Assembly: GCA_039811945.1 (NCBI GenBank)
Contig: JBDHZQ010000001.1
Coordinates: 162 to 64,161 of the forward strand
Reading direction: 5' to 3'
DNA from: Propionibacteriaceae bacterium
Lineage (GTDB): Bacteria > Actinomycetota > Actinomycetes > Propionibacteriales > Propionibacteriaceae
Length of the DNA stretch: 64,000 bases
The notes under the pieces are model-generated. The model had not been told where the DNA came from, searched no databases, and worked only from the letters and a program-made list of their open reading frames with translations. The position numbers were made by a program, and so were the translations under genes. This document shows positions 55,973-64,000 of the stretch, piece after piece (positions within the stretch are counted from its first letter, which is position 1; each line of letters starts with the position of its first letter).

Positions 55973-56066
55973 TTCACCGAAACCGAAAGAGAGACCTTGA
56001 TGGTGTTCGAGGCCACCAAGGACCCTACGAACTGAACCTGAACTCGACCACGTTCGGTGCGTGTGA
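55973..56066. repeat. ~92-bp direct repeat A flanking mazEF (contains a ychF-3'-like core at 56025-56060)
   Basis: ttcaccgaaaccgaaagagagaccttgatggtgttcgaggccaccaaggaccctacgaactgaacctgaactcgaccacgttcggtgcgtgtga. About 90% identical by eye to copy B. The minus strand of the core encodes VVEFRFSS*. Confidence 0.9.
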
Positions 56067-56103
56067 CTATTAGCCGTAGCACTCACAGCCGAGTGCCGGG
56101 CCT

Positions 56104-56442
56104 CTACAAGTCCAGCAGGATGGCCAGCGTCTCGCGTAGCTCACCGAGGATGACCGGGCCAACGTTGCCCGTCGTGGCAGCGATGCGTGTCACCGCCACC
56201 GACCTCACGTGCTGACACCGCGCCGACGACACGTCAGCGAGCCCGTTGGCTTGGTCGGGTTCGATCACGACCTCGGACCCACTGTCGCGGATCGCTCGCG
56301 TCAAGGGAACGACCTGGACGACGTTGGGGCCACCCCGAAGCACGCGGGCAGCAGTCACGACAACGGCTGGACGTTGCAGCCCAGCCTCACTCCCCGCAGG
56401 CGTCCCCAAGTCGAGTTCAACAACGTCACCCGGCGTCAGCAT
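56104..56442 (-). CDS. mazF: Type II toxin, MazF/PemK family endoribonuclease
   Basis: MLTPGDVVELDLGTPAGSEAGLQRPAVVV...VVPLT. The track start at 56460 is also possible. Confidence 0.88.
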   Translation of the reverse strand: MLTPGDVVELDLGTPAGSEAGLQRPAVVVTAARVLRGGPNVVQVVPLTRAIRDSGSEVVIEPDQANGLADVSSARCQHVRSVAVTRIAATTGNVGPVILGELRETLAILLDL

Positions 56443-56623
56443 CGAGCCATGTCGTCTCATCGTCGGTCAGCGGGACCGCAAGGTCCCGACCGATCGCGTC
56501 CTGCCGGAGCACCCGAAGCGCGCGGGCCACGGTTTCGTCGATCGTCTCGTGACGCTGGGCAGCCAGACGCGTGACCCTCGCGTGCGTCTCGCGGCTCACC
56601 CGGATCGTTGTTGTGTCGGCCAT
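56426..56623 (-). CDS. Type II antitoxin (RHH/MazE-like)
   Basis: 65 aa. TTIRVSRETHARVTRLAAQRHETIDETVARAL (ribbon-helix-helix pattern). Overlaps the mazF 5' end. Confidence 0.75.
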   Translation of the reverse strand: MADTTTIRVSRETHARVTRLAAQRHETIDETVARALRVLRQDAIGRDLAVPLTDDETTWLDADAG

Positions 56624-56738
56624 ACCCGGAGTCTACTCCAAGGTAGACGAATCAGTCTACCTAAAGTTCCGACCGCAGCCGGGACTCTGGTCGAAGATCC
56701 GATCACGTGTCATACAAGTGCGCGACCACGCGGCGCCG

Positions 56739-56830
56739 TTCACCGGAACCGACACGGAGACCTTGATGGTGTTCGAGGCCACCAAGGACCCTACGAACTG
56801 AACCTGAACTCGAACACGTTCCGTGTGTGA
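56739..56830. repeat. ~92-bp direct repeat B flanking mazEF (contains a ychF-3'-like core at 56791-56825)
   Basis: ttcaccggaaccgacacggagaccttgatggtgttcgaggccaccaaggaccctacgaactgaacctgaactcgaacacgttccgtgtgtga. Confidence 0.9.
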
Positions 56831-56908
56831 AGGTCAGGCTTGCGCTACGACGCGCTGTCGAACGCCAGGAAGTGCTATTCCGGCCCTGGACGCCATCGCG
56901 GCTGCACG

Positions 56909-58165
56909 CTACGGCCCCAGTGAGGTGAGCGCGACAACCGAGATGCCGTCGGGGCGGACATAGCTGGGACCGGTGGGGACGAGCACCGCGGCGATCGCTG
57001 GCGCACCCGTCGAATCGGCATCCACCACCTTCAGCAAACGCTTGAGATTCTCTGCGCCCTCATCGATCCGGCCGGACCCGAGCTTGATCTCCAGAGCCGC
57101 CCACCTGCCGTCGTCGCGCTGCACGATGGCATCAATCTCCAACCCGGCCTTGGCACGCAGGTGCCTCACCTCGGCACCCTGAAGCGCGGCATAAGCACGG
57201 AGTTGCTGAACCGCGAAGGATTCGAACAAGATGCCCAAAGTCTCTGGATCCTTGAGCAGGCGGTCGACCGAGCTGACCCGCAATGCGGCACACGCCAGCG
57301 ACGAGTCAACGAGGTGGCGCTTGGGAGACTGCCGCAACGGGGTCCGGGTCCTCAGGGTCGGACCCCATGCCTCTTGCACCTCCAACACGAAGATCCGCTG
57401 CAGTGCTTCAAGGTATCGAGCAACCGTGTCCGGGTGCAGTGGTCCTGCGGAACCGCCGGCGTCGGCAGCCAGCGTTCGCATGGATACTTCACTCGCTGAC
57501 GTCCGCGCGAGAGACCGCAGCAAGGCAGCCACCTTGACCGGGTCATGCTGCACATGACCCGCTGCCGCCACGTCCAAACGAGCGATCTGGTCGAGGTAGC
57601 CCCTCGCGTACCGGGCCGCCCCCATCGTCGGCAAGTCCAGGCTTGCAGGCCAACCACCCGCGATCAGCCGCTCCACAACGTCGGAGAACGAACCGAGGAC
57701 GTCCGAACTCCTTGGCGGGACGCCGTCGAGGAGCCCTCGCAGCGACACCTCGCCAGACGCGTGACCTGTCTCGGCCATCGTCAAGGGGTGCATCCGAAGC
57801 CACGAGAAGCGGCCGGTCCCCGTGTGGCGGGTAACGTCATCGCTGGGCGACGCGGATCCGGTCAGGACGAACTGACCTTTCGCCTGCCGACGGTCAACCT
57901 CGTGGCGTACCGCATTCCACAGGGCAGGCACCGTCTGCCACTCGTCAAGGAGTCTTGGCGCCTCACCGGCAAGCACCAGCTGGGGATCAGCCAACGCCAG
58001 TTGACGCAGCGCCAAGTCGGTGTCGAGATACGCCTGACTTCGGGTACACCGACTGGCAGTCTCGGTCTTCCCCACGGCCTTCGGGCCATCGATCACTACC
58101 GCCCCAGACCATGCCAGATGCTCAGTCAGCGCCCCCTCTAGCAAACGCTCCACATACTCCGACAC
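56909..58165 (-). CDS. ATP-binding protein, AAA (AAA_14) + DUF4143 family
   Basis: 418 aa. Walker A VIDGPKAVGKTE and Walker B-like APRLLDEWQ. The C-terminal part is typical of DUF4143 ATPases. Confidence 0.75.
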   Translation of the reverse strand: MSEYVERLLEGALTEHLAWSGAVVIDGPKAVGKTETASRCTRSQAYLDTDLALRQLALADPQLVLAGEAPRLLDEWQTVPALWNAVRHEVDRRQAKGQFVLTGSASPSDDVTRHTGTGRFSWLRMHPLTMAETGHASGEVSLRGLLDGVPPRSSDVLGSFSDVVERLIAGGWPASLDLPTMGAARYARGYLDQIARLDVAAAGHVQHDPVKVAALLRSLARTSASEVSMRTLAADAGGSAGPLHPDTVARYLEALQRIFVLEVQEAWGPTLRTRTPLRQSPKRHLVDSSLACAALRVSSVDRLLKDPETLGILFESFAVQQLRAYAALQGAEVRHLRAKAGLEIDAIVQRDDGRWAALEIKLGSGRIDEGAENLKRLLKVVDADSTGAPAIAAVLVPTGPSYVRPDGISVVALTSLGP

Positions 58166-58290
58166 GTGGACAGGCTAGCATCGATTAGGCGATTTGGCGG
58201 CCAATCATTAGGTGATTCGGAGGTCGCAGGTTAGGTGATTTGACCAATCGACCCTACGTTCCATGCGCCAGCTCAACTGACAGCGCGCCA

Positions 58291-58321
58291 CTACACGTTG
58301 AACCTCCACTCGACCGCGGTC
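58291..58321 (-). repeat. Degenerate copy of the ychF 3' end
   Basis: Plus strand ctacacgttgaacctccactcgaccgcggtc. The minus strand encodes ..AVEWRFNV*, versus the real YchF end VVEFRFNV*. Confidence 0.6.
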
Positions 58322-58359
58322 CGAGTGTTGTGGTTCCTCCCGAATCGCGGAGGGTTTCG

Positions 58360-59024
58360 TTATGCCGCGTCTCGGTTGAGGGCGGTGGTCTCGTAGGTGA
58401 TCGGTGACATCATCGCGGCTGCGGTGTGTCGGCGCTGGTGGTTGTAGAAGCCGTAGCACCAGTCCAGCACGACCGGCTGGGCTGTGGCGGGGTTGTCGAA
58501 GTCGCGTCGCGACAAGACTTCCCATTCCAGGCTGGAGAAGAACGCCTCGGCGGCGGCGTTGTCGAAGCAGGATCCGACCCTACCCATGGACTGCCGGATG
58601 CCGAGGGTGCGGCACAGACCGGTGAACGCGTGGGCGGTGTAGGTCGAGCCGCGGCCGGTGTGCGAAATTCTCAAAGGCCGTACGACTGTCGGCATGTGGT
58701 CGCCCTGCGCTCGCCGAGGAAGGCGGCAACAAGCCACTGGCATACCCCCCGCTTCCTGTAGCGCTTCCCGGTAGCAGTGACGAGCTCTTCCGAACGCCCC
58801 GGCCTGTTTCTTGGGGTCGCAATCGAAAGCTCCCTCACGGATGCAGAGTATCGATTCGGATCCGGAGCATCGAAGAAGAGTTGCCCGAGCGGGAGCCTGG
58901 TGTGGTGAATCCGGGCTGAAAGTGTCCGTACGAAGATCGGCGAGAAGCGAGAGAGATAACCCACCGCACGGACACACGCGACGTGATCCGTGATGACGTC
59001 GAAGCGATCACCCAGTGCCTCCAC
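58360..59024 (-). mobile_element. IS3-family transposase relic (C-terminal rve/DDE part; 5' part frameshifted or absent)
   Basis: 58360..~58695 encodes ISHTGRGSTYTAHAFTGLCRTLGIRQSMGRVGSCFDNAAAEAFFSSLEWEVLSRR...VVLDWCYGFYNHQRRH, a classic IS3 OrfB C-terminus. Upstream similarity survives only in another frame. No OrfA and no inverted repeats were seen. Confidence 0.75.
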
Positions 59025-59087
59025 GACGCTCGACTGGTCAGCACCCGGCCCGATCCAGCAGGATCCACACCCGACCTGGCCGCAGAG

Positions 59088-59351
59088 TCACACATAGGCG
59101 TCTCGCCGGTGGCGAATGGTGATCACGCGGACCACCACCCGCTCCTCATGGATCTCGTAGATCACGCGGAACTCGCCCCGCCTGGCAGACCAGCGGCCCG
59201 CCAACTCGTTGCGCAGCGGCTTGCCCACCCGGTGAGGCTGTTCGGCGAGTACATCCACGAGGAAGTTCAGACACGCCGCAGCAACAGCCTCGGGCAGAGT
59301 CTCCGTCAGCGCACGTCGGGCAGCGGGAGCCAGCTCGATTCGGTAGGTCAC
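59088..59351 (-). CDS. Type II toxin, RelE/ParE family
   Basis: 87 aa. MTYRIELAPAARRAL...GEFRVIYEIHEERVVVRVITIRHRRDAY. Confidence 0.88.
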   Translation of the reverse strand: MTYRIELAPAARRALTETLPEAVAAACLNFLVDVLAEQPHRVGKPLRNELAGRWSARRGEFRVIYEIHEERVVVRVITIRHRRDAYV

Positions 59352-59638
59352 TGAGCCAGTCGACCCAGCGCGCGCATCTCAGCCTGCACTTCATCAAGTG
59401 AGTAGACCTCGCCGCGCGCGCCAGCCCGCTCGGACTCTCGGATCTCGGCCATGGCCTCTGGATCACCCAAGATCTCAAGGGTCTCGATCAGCGAGTCATA
59501 GTCATCGACGCTCAGCAGCACCGCGGCCCGGCGCCCGTTCTTGGTGACCTCAATACGCTGGTGGGTCCGTTCGGCCTCCTCGACGAGACGCGAGAGTTGC
59601 GCACGAACTTCAGCCAGAGGCAGCGTAGTCATGTACAT
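59348..59638 (-). CDS. Type II antitoxin, Phd/YefM family
   Basis: 96 aa. LPLAEVRAQLSRLVEEAERTHQRIEVTKNGRRAAVLLSVDDYDSLIETLEIL. A 4-nt overlap couples it to the toxin gene. Confidence 0.88.
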   Translation of the reverse strand: MYMTTLPLAEVRAQLSRLVEEAERTHQRIEVTKNGRRAAVLLSVDDYDSLIETLEILGDPEAMAEIRESERAGARGEVYSLDEVQAEMRALGRLAQ

Positions 59639-59731
59639 AATTGTAGCGCGCCACTGCGATCAGCACACGGCTGCCTCGCTGCGGCAGCATGTAGTCACAC
59701 CTGTGGCGCATCCGGGTGACCATGACGTGGT

Positions 59732-59759
59732 TCACGAACTGAAGCGGAACTCCACCACG
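59732..59759 (-). repeat. Degenerate copy of the ychF 3' end
   Basis: Plus strand tcacgaactgaagcggaactccaccacg. The minus strand encodes VVEFRFSS*, the same variant as in repeats A and B. Confidence 0.6.
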
Positions 59760-59824
59760 AATCGCATGACCGATGATCACGGCTGTGGCCTGCTGCGAAC
59801 GCCCGGAGCCCGCTGACAGGGTGA

Positions 59825-60025
59825 CTACGGCGCCAGCAAGCCGAGTGGGACGACGGCGACGCCGTCCGGTCGGCGGTACGCGGTGGGGCCGGTGGTAATG
59901 ACGATGGCGTCGAGCAGGCGGTGCCCCAACTGCTCGCGGACCCAGAGTTGGGCCAGCACGTCCCGATAGGCAATCGAGGTCGATCGGGCGGGCTTCTCAG
60001 CTAGGCCAGGGGCCGAAGCATCCAA
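59825..60025 (-). pseudogene. 3' fragment of a DUF4143/AAA ATPase paralogue
   Basis: 66 codons ending ...ITTGPTAYRRPDGVAVVPLGLLAP*, which aligns with the C-terminus of the intact 418-aa gene. Confidence 0.55.
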
Positions 60026-60556
60026 GATCTAGCCATAGCTGGCGATGCTTGAGGTCGCGGCAGCGTCCAGATCGCAGCCTATGAATCAGTCAAATCGCAG
60101 GCATCGGATCAACTAGACCGCAGCACCCGCCCCAGGGCGACTGGGCCTTCTTCTCCGAACGGTACGGGCCGTTCCGCACCATACGAAGGCCAAGCTCGAG
60201 TACGGCTGATACCCCAGCCGGGCAGATCCTGCTGGCCCTCGGTTCCCTCTTGACGACCGGCACGACCGGCACGACCGGCCTCGTGGCCCCGCGGATCCTC
60301 GCGGTCCTGGTCTTTCCCTCAACTACCTCCTGCTACACCGGCAGTCTGGATTCGCCAGAGTCGAGGAGAAGCTCAACTCTGGGGGCCGACTTGAGGAGCC
60401 CGAGGTGACCGCCTACCTGCGTTGGAACCTACCTCCGCATGTCGTGCTGGGGCTGCTCTACATGGCCACTTACGTTTCCTGCGCGCTCCCCGTTTAGCCG
60501 TCGAACACGTCGCCTGTGCGCAGTCCGTCAACGGCCCAAGGTCACGAGGCGCCGAC

Positions 60557-61630
60557 TCACACGTTGAAGCGAAACTCGACCACGTCGCCGTCGGCCATGA
60601 CGTACTCCTTGCCCTCGATGCGAGCCTTGCCGGCGGAGCGTGCGGCAACGATCGAACCTGAGGCGACGAGGTCGTCGTACGACACAATCTCAGCCTTGAT
60701 GAAGCCCTTCTGGAAGTCGGTGTGGATGACCCCGGCGGCCTCGGGTGCGGTGGCGCCCTTCCTGATCGTCCAGGCGCGGGATTCCTTCGGCCCGGTCGTC
60801 AGGTAACTCTGCAGGCCGAGCGTCTCGTACCCCACCCTGGCCAGCACGTCGAGTCCAGGCTCGCTCACTCCGGCGTCGGCGAGAAACTCGACTGCCTCGT
60901 CCGGCTCCAAGTCGATGAGTTCTGCTTCGAACTTCGCGTCGAGGAACACGGCCTCCGCCGGTGCCACCAGAGTTCGCATCCGCTCTTTGAGGGTCTCGTC
61001 GGACAGCTCGTCGGCGTCGCAGTTGAACACGTAGAGGTACGGCTTGGCCGTGAGTAAGAACAGGTCACGCAAGGGTGCAGGGTCGAGTCCCGCCTGGAAT
61101 ACGCCCTTGCCGGAATCGAGCACCCGCTGGGCTTCGAGGTACGCCTCCAGCTTCGGGCGTGCCTCCTTCTTGATGCGGGCTTCCTTCTCGGCGCGAGGTA
61201 CGGCACGCTCCAGCGTCTGCAGGTCGGCCAGGATCAGCTCTGTCGCGACGGTCTCCAGGTCGTTCGCCGGGTTGACCCCGCCGTCGACGTGGGTCACGTC
61301 CGGATCGGTGAACACTCGCGTCACCTGACAGATCGCGTCGGCTTCCCGAATGTTCGCCAAGAAGGCGTTCCCCATCCCCTCACCCTGACTCGCGCCTTTG
61401 ACAATTCCGGCAATATCGACGAACGTCACGGTCGCCGGGATCGTCTTCTCCGACTTGCTGATCCGCGTCAACACCTCCAGCCGCGGGTCGGGGACACCCA
61501 CCACGCCGGTGTTGGGTTCGATCGTCGCGAATGGGTAGTTGGCCGCGAGAACGTCGTTCTTCGTCAGCGCATTGAACAGGGTGGACTTTCCCGCGTTGGG
61601 TAGTCCGACGATGCCGATAGTCAAAGCCAC
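60557..61630 (-). CDS. ychF: Redox-regulated ribosome-binding ATPase YchF
   Basis: VALTIGIVGLPNAGKSTLFNALT (GTG at 61630; the track start at 61696 is over-extended). TGS-like C-terminus ending GKEYVMADGDVVEFRFNV*. Confidence 0.95.
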   Translation of the reverse strand: MALTIGIVGLPNAGKSTLFNALTKNDVLAANYPFATIEPNTGVVGVPDPRLEVLTRISKSEKTIPATVTFVDIAGIVKGASQGEGMGNAFLANIREADAICQVTRVFTDPDVTHVDGGVNPANDLETVATELILADLQTLERAVPRAEKEARIKKEARPKLEAYLEAQRVLDSGKGVFQAGLDPAPLRDLFLLTAKPYLYVFNCDADELSDETLKERMRTLVAPAEAVFLDAKFEAELIDLEPDEAVEFLADAGVSEPGLDVLARVGYETLGLQSYLTTGPKESRAWTIRKGATAPEAAGVIHTDFQKGFIKAEIVSYDDLVASGSIVAARSAGKARIEGKEYVMADGDVVEFRFNV

Positions 61631-61797
61631 GACCGGACAGCCTATCCGGGTACGGCCTTCCCTCGCGTCGGCGTGCGGTGCCGTACACCAACCCACTCAC
61701 CGGGCCAAGGGGCTCGCTCACCCCATGAGAAGATGCCCGACACGCCGACTCGAAGCCTGGACAGGCCTGTCGAGGCACTGGCTACTCTCGGCGGTCC

Positions 61798-63597
61798 ATG
61801 CCTCGCCCAGCCCCCGAACCCGTGAGTACCGGGAGCAGTCTGCCCGCAGCGCCGGGCACCTTGGACGGCCTGTCACCGGCATTCCCCGGCCGCGCCCCGT
61901 GGGGTACGGCAGATCGGCTCCGCGCGTGGCAAGCCGATGCCCTGACTCACTATCTCACCTTGTCACGACAGGATTACCTGGCCGTCGCGACCCCAGGAGC
62001 GGGCAAGACCACGTTCGCCCTCCGGGTGGCCAACGAACTCCTCCACCGTCGGGTGGTGGAACGGATCATCGTCGTCTGTCCCACGGAGCATCTGAAGGTT
62101 CAATGGGCAGGCGCCGCCGCCCGGGCCGGCATCCACCTCGACCCGGGCCTGGGCAGCAGCGGGAAGCGAGCAAGAAGCAGGGAGTACGACGGGCTGGTCC
62201 TCACCTATGCCGGTGTCGCCACTCAGGTGCTGGGGCTGGCTGCTCGCTGCCACGGTCGCCGTACCCTCGCCATCCTCGACGAGATCCACCATGCCGGCGA
62301 CTCACGCGCCTGGGGCGACGCCGTCGCCGAGGCCTTCGACCCTGCCGTACGTCGCCTCGCTCTCACCGGCACGCCCTTCCGCAGCGACGACCACCCGATC
62401 CCGTTCGTGGCCTACGAGACGAGATCGGACGGCAGCCGGATCAGTCGGCCGGACTTCTCATACGGCTACGCAGACGCCCTGCGCGACCACGTCGTACGGC
62501 CGGTCCTGTTCATGACGTACGGCGGACCGATGCGATGGCGGACCAAAGCCGGTGACGAGATCGCAGCCAACTTGTCCGAGGCACTGACCGTGGACCTGTC
62601 CGCCCAGGCGTGGCGCACCGCGCTCGATCCGAAGGGTGACTGGATCCCTCACGTGTTGTCGGCCGCAGATCGTCGGCTGACCGAGGTACGGCGCCACGTG
62701 CCCGATGCAGGCGGTCTCGTCATCGCGACGAACCAGGCGCAGGCCCGGGCGTACGGACGGATCTTGAACGAGATCTCAGGAGTGCCGCCCACCGTGGTGG
62801 TTTCCGAAACTCCGCGGGCGAGCCGCAAGATCGAGCAGTTCACGCGTTCCTCGGACCGCTGGCTGGTCGCGGTGAGGATGGTGTCGGAGGGTGTCGACGT
62901 GCCCCGACTCGCCGTGGGTGTCTATGCCACCTCCACTTCCACCCCCCTCTTCTTCGCCCAAGCCGTCGGCCGCTTCGTGAGAGCTAGGCGTCGCGGCGAA
63001 CTCGCGACCGTGTTCTTGCCCACGGTGCCGAAGCTGCTCGCCCACGCATCCGCGCTGGAGCGCAGCCGGGACCACGTGCTTGGCAGACCCCGTATCGCCG
63101 ACGACCTCTGGGCCGAAGAGCAATCACTGTTGGACGAGATCCGACGTGAGAGGACGGTCCCCGACGAGACTGGCGATTTCGAGGCCCTGGCCTCCGCAGC
63201 GTCGTTCGACCACGCTCTGTTCGAAGGTCAGCAATGGGGGCTCCATGCCGAACCGACGAGCCAGGACGAAGCTGACTACCTCGGTCTGCCCGGGCTGCTC
63301 GAACACGGCCACGTCCACTCCGCGCTCGCTGATCGGCAGCGTCGGCAGGTCCTCAGGCGGCAACGGGACGAATCGCGTGCGTCGGCGCCGCCCGACGCGG
63401 CCCTCCATCGCCGGCTGGGTGAACTGAGAAAGAGCCTCCACGGACTGGTCGGTCAGTACGCCCGGATCGCCGGAAAACCGCACAGTCACGTGCACGCCGA
63501 ACTGCGCCGCCACTGTGGGGGACCTCCGGTCGGCCAGGCCACCACCGCCGAGATCGAAGCCCGGATCACGGCGGTCCGGACGTGGCTGGCGGCGTAG
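61798..63597 (+). CDS. Superfamily-2 DEAD/DEAH-box (ResIII-type) helicase
   Basis: 599 aa. Motif I ATPGAGKTT, motif II ILDEIHHAG, motif III LTGTP, and a helicase C domain (VAVRMVSEGVDVPRL, QAVGRFVR). Confidence 0.88.
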   Translation: MPRPAPEPVSTGSSLPAAPGTLDGLSPAFPGRAPWGTADRLRAWQADALTHYLTLSRQDYLAVATPGAGKTTFALRVANELLHRRVVERIIVVCPTEHLKVQWAGAAARAGIHLDPGLGSSGKRARSREYDGLVLTYAGVATQVLGLAARCHGRRTLAILDEIHHAGDSRAWGDAVAEAFDPAVRRLALTGTPFRSDDHPIPFVAYETRSDGSRISRPDFSYGYADALRDHVVRPVLFMTYGGPMRWRTKAGDEIAANLSEALTVDLSAQAWRTALDPKGDWIPHVLSAADRRLTEVRRHVPDAGGLVIATNQAQARAYGRILNEISGVPPTVVVSETPRASRKIEQFTRSSDRWLVAVRMVSEGVDVPRLAVGVYATSTSTPLFFAQAVGRFVRARRRGELATVFLPTVPKLLAHASALERSRDHVLGRPRIADDLWAEEQSLLDEIRRERTVPDETGDFEALASAASFDHALFEGQQWGLHAEPTSQDEADYLGLPGLLEHGHVHSALADRQRRQVLRRQRDESRASAPPDAALHRRLGELRKSLHGLVGQYARIAGKPHSHVHAELRRHCGGPPVGQATTAEIEARITAVRTWLAA

Positions 63598-63634
63598 ACC
63601 TCGCTTCGAGATGACTCGCTTTTGGCTCGAACCG

Positions 63635-63656
63635 GGCACCGCCCGGACGCGGTGCC
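63635..63656 (+). terminator. Hairpin downstream of the helicase gene
   Basis: GGCACCGC - ccggac - GCGGTGCC: a perfect 8-bp stem, 38 nt after the stop. Confidence 0.4.
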
Positions 63657-63796
63657 ACCGTTCGCCAACACCCACCGACCGCCGCCGCCTGCGCGAGGAC
63701 CCTCGGACCCCGCCGAACGTCAGAACCCCGGGACGCCGGGGATCGCCTGATCGGCTCGGGTGGTCCCGGCGGTCTCGGCAGCCGTACGCTCCGAGC

Positions 63797-64000
63797 GTGG
63801 ATACGTATCGGCTCTACCAAACCTTGACCTCGTACCCGCTGGGCCGGACCTTGTTCTCTCTGGCGTACGGCATCAAGGCGCCGTACTTCGCCACCGTGCG
63901 ACCCGACGTCCTGGTGATGCGGGAGAACTACGCCGAGGTCGTCGTCGCCCAGCGCAGGTCGGTCAGAAACCACATCGGCACCGTGCATGCGATCGCGATC
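63797..64000 (+). CDS. Hotdog-fold (DUF4442/PaaI-like) protein, 5' part only
   Basis: My own translation from the GTG at 63797: VDTYRLYQTLTSYPLGRTLFSLAYGIKAPYFATVRPDVLVMRENYAEVVVAQRRSVRNHIGTVHAIAI, which runs off the window. Confidence 0.55.
   Translation, partial: MDTYRLYQTLTSYPLGRTLFSLAYGIKAPYFATVRPDVLVMRENYAEVVVAQRRSVRNHIGTVHAIAI

Noticed and set aside
55802-56035. Two + strand ORFs (55802..56035 and 56571..56801) ending in the identical peptide ETLMVFEATKDPTN
   Set aside because: The identity is a by-product of the 92-bp direct repeats flanking mazEF. The remainder of both ORFs is dissimilar and low-complexity. They are not treated as genes.
60030-60556. Intergenic region between the DUF4143 stub and ychF. 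It contains an (acgaccggc)x3 microrepeat at about 60253-60280 and a + frame reading …LNYLLLHRQSGFARVEEKLNSGGRLEEPEVTAYLRWNLPPHVVLGLLYMATYVSCALPV*.
   Set aside because: The frame has no usable start and is short. The minus-strand ORFs here are Arg/Pro-rich junk. It is likely another eroded cassette remnant and cannot be supported as a gene. No tRNA-like sequence (no GGTTCGAATCC-type T-arm) was found that could serve as an alternative att site.

Overview
High-GC (roughly 70% by eye) actinobacterial chromosome segment, densely coding. No rRNA, tRNA or CRISPR array was seen. About half of the supplied ORFs are Arg/Gly/Pro-rich shadow frames of real genes on the other strand. Start coordinates that differ from the ORF track are my own choices, based on RBS position, translational coupling and N-terminal sequence.

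Gene order, left to right:
- a partial VanW-family gene
- a 5-gene Opp/Dpp-type peptide ABC importer
- an ABC-2 exporter pair
- four uncharacterised envelope or secretion-like genes
- pntAB transhydrogenase
- a light/pigment supercluster: photolyase, P450, heterodimeric lycopene cyclase, methyltransferase, CrtU-like desaturase, CrtB, CrtI and an Idi-GGPP synthase fusion
- SppA
- an SQR-TusE/DsrC-DsrE sulfur module
- transketolase, an MFS transporter, DUF2332, serA-like/serC, an SDR, an AEC transporter and a glycosyltransferase
- a translationally coupled operon: cytoplasmic S8 subtilase, ECF sigma factor, 149-aa protein, TPR-CHAT protease
- the sirA-cysH-cysD-cysN sulfate assimilation operon plus a sulfatase
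- a lipoprotein / ECF sigma / anti-sigma trio
- a ~6-kb accessory islet downstream of ychF
- a helicase and a partial hotdog-fold gene

The two most interesting observations:
1. The S8 / ECF-sigma / small protein / TPR-CHAT operon (40.4-45.8 kb). It resembles the Csx29 / Csx30 / RpoE effector arm of type III-E CRISPR systems, but has no CRISPR component and carries an extra subtilase with an (IPYWDS)x4 repeat.
2. The ychF-proximal islet (54.6-60.6 kb). Three toxin-antitoxin pairs, one intact and two truncated DUF4143 ATPase genes and an IS3 relic are separated by five to six degenerate copies of the last ~30 nt of ychF. This looks like serial cassette accretion at one attachment site, yet no integrase is visible.
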